The notes below the pieces were generated by a model. The model was given only the letters and a program-made list of their open reading frames with translations, ran no database searches and was not told the DNA's origin. Positions 63,029 through 64,000 of a stretch of DNA of 64,000 nucleotides are shown in pieces. Within the stretch, counting starts at the first letter, position 1; each line of letters begins with the position of its first letter. Origin of the DNA: an uncultured bacterium (GTDB lineage Bacteria > Verrucomicrobiota > Verrucomicrobiia > Limisphaerales > UBA8199); assembly GCA_963749495.1 (NCBI GenBank), contig CAVVMW010000001.1:192001-256000 (forward strand), in the 5' to 3' direction. The translations under genes and the position numbers were made by a program.

Positions 63029-64000
63029 ATGCCCATGCCTGACCTCCCTCGCCGCATTCGATTGGCTGCAGGGGATTACTTTATGCACGGCCAGGACTGG
63101 CGGATGCGGCGGGTCGGCTTGGGGGGCAACGTCTGCCGAGTGGCACTTCGCTTGGATTGCGGCCTGAATACGGAACTGCTGCGCGAGCGCGTGGCGGCTT
63201 CCCCAATGCTGGACTGGCTCGCACGGGTGCGTATCAGTCGCCCGCTGCCTGTGCTTCCCCCCCTCTGGCGTGCTACGGCCCGGCCTCGGGCGGTCTTTCA
63301 CGAACACGACAACCAAAATGGCAGCGAAGCCGGACCGGGGCTGCTGCCGCAGGTTGTCCTGGGGCGTGAATTGCACGCTGGCCGGGGCCCCGCGCTGGCG
63401 TTGGACCTGGTTCGTCACAGGGATGGGACCAGAGACCTTGTCCTTTCGTGGAACCACGCCCTCATGGATGCGCGTGGCTCGGAACTGATTTTGCGTCATC
63501 TGAACCTGGGCGGCGCCGCAAACGGAGCACCCACCATCGAAAACTTGATCAACCCGGACCAAAGAGGGGGAAACCTGTTGGGCTGGTGGCGTGCTGTGAA
63601 GTTAGCGCGGGGTTCGGTCGAGTGGCTTCAGCAGTCCGGCCGCGAACCGCTTTTCACGCTGATGCCCAAACAGCATCCCGGTCCGGCCACCCCGTGCCGC
63701 AACCAGGCCCGCCTCCTTTTGTTCAACGAGCGGGAAGCAGATCGCATCGACGCGCGCTGCCAGCGTCTCAACGCGGGCTTCCGGCGCAGCCACTTTTACC
63801 TGGCGGCCTCGCTCCGGGCTTTGCACACCGTTGCCTCCGCCCGTGGCAACAAGGATGGCGCCTATTTGATTCCCGTGCCCCATGATATGCGCCGGCGTGG
63901 CGCGAAGGGCCCCATCTTCTCCAACCACCTCTCCATCCTGTTCTACCGCATTGAGCCCCGCCAGGCCGCAAACCTGGCCGAGATCATCGGCGAACTGACT
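63029..64000 (+). CDS. Condensation-domain/CoA-dependent acyltransferase-like protein (runs off window edge)
   Basis: Own translation MPMPDLPRRIRL...LSWNHALMDARG (HxxxD motif)...IPVPHDMR..PIFSNHLS; no stop before the window end. Confidence 0.72.
   Translation, partial: MPMPDLPRRIRLAAGDYFMHGQDWRMRRVGLGGNVCRVALRLDCGLNTELLRERVAASPMLDWLARVRISRPLPVLPPLWRATARPRAVFHEHDNQNGSEAGPGLLPQVVLGRELHAGRGPALALDLVRHRDGTRDLVLSWNHALMDARGSELILRHLNLGGAANGAPTIENLINPDQRGGNLLGWWRAVKLARGSVEWLQQSGREPLFTLMPKQHPGPATPCRNQARLLLFNEREADRIDARCQRLNAGFRRSHFYLAASLRALHTVASARGNKDGAYLIPVPHDMRRRGAKGPIFSNHLSILFYRIEPRQAANLAEIIGELT

Overview
High-GC bacterial chromosomal window. Gene content and style suggest Verrucomicrobiota subdivision 3 (Pedosphaera/Limisphaera-like); this is inference. 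The assembly looks like uncorrected long reads: about 15 single-base frameshifts, including in fmt, folB and hemA. Housekeeping genes include nnr, fmt, hisA, eno, folB, trpF, ccsA-hemA-hemC, a class II DAHP synthase, nfo, eda, tRNA-Thr(CGT) and cydAB. The intergenic DNA is crowded with several REP/MITE families and 7-bp or 9-bp tandem arrays. Main findings: (1) an 824-nt ORF-less group II intron-like RNA (24219-25042, minus) inserted exactly into a REP palindrome, with an EBS1 matching the REP, non-canonical termini (CCGCG...ACC) and a hairpin inserted into catalytic domain V; (2) a four-helix-bundle (Avd/IVP-like) gene bracketed by inverted heptamer arrays, plus gene-less versions of the same layout elsewhere, some flanked by duplicated gene 3' ends; (3) a phcB/phcS/phcR-like methyl-ester signalling locus with two SDRs and a FadL-type porin; (4) a HAD-NUDIX fusion directly upstream of folB; (5) an uncharacterised lipid biosynthesis cluster at the right edge; (6) several genes that have lost their middles or 3' halves. 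All family assignments come from reading motifs by eye; no searches were run.
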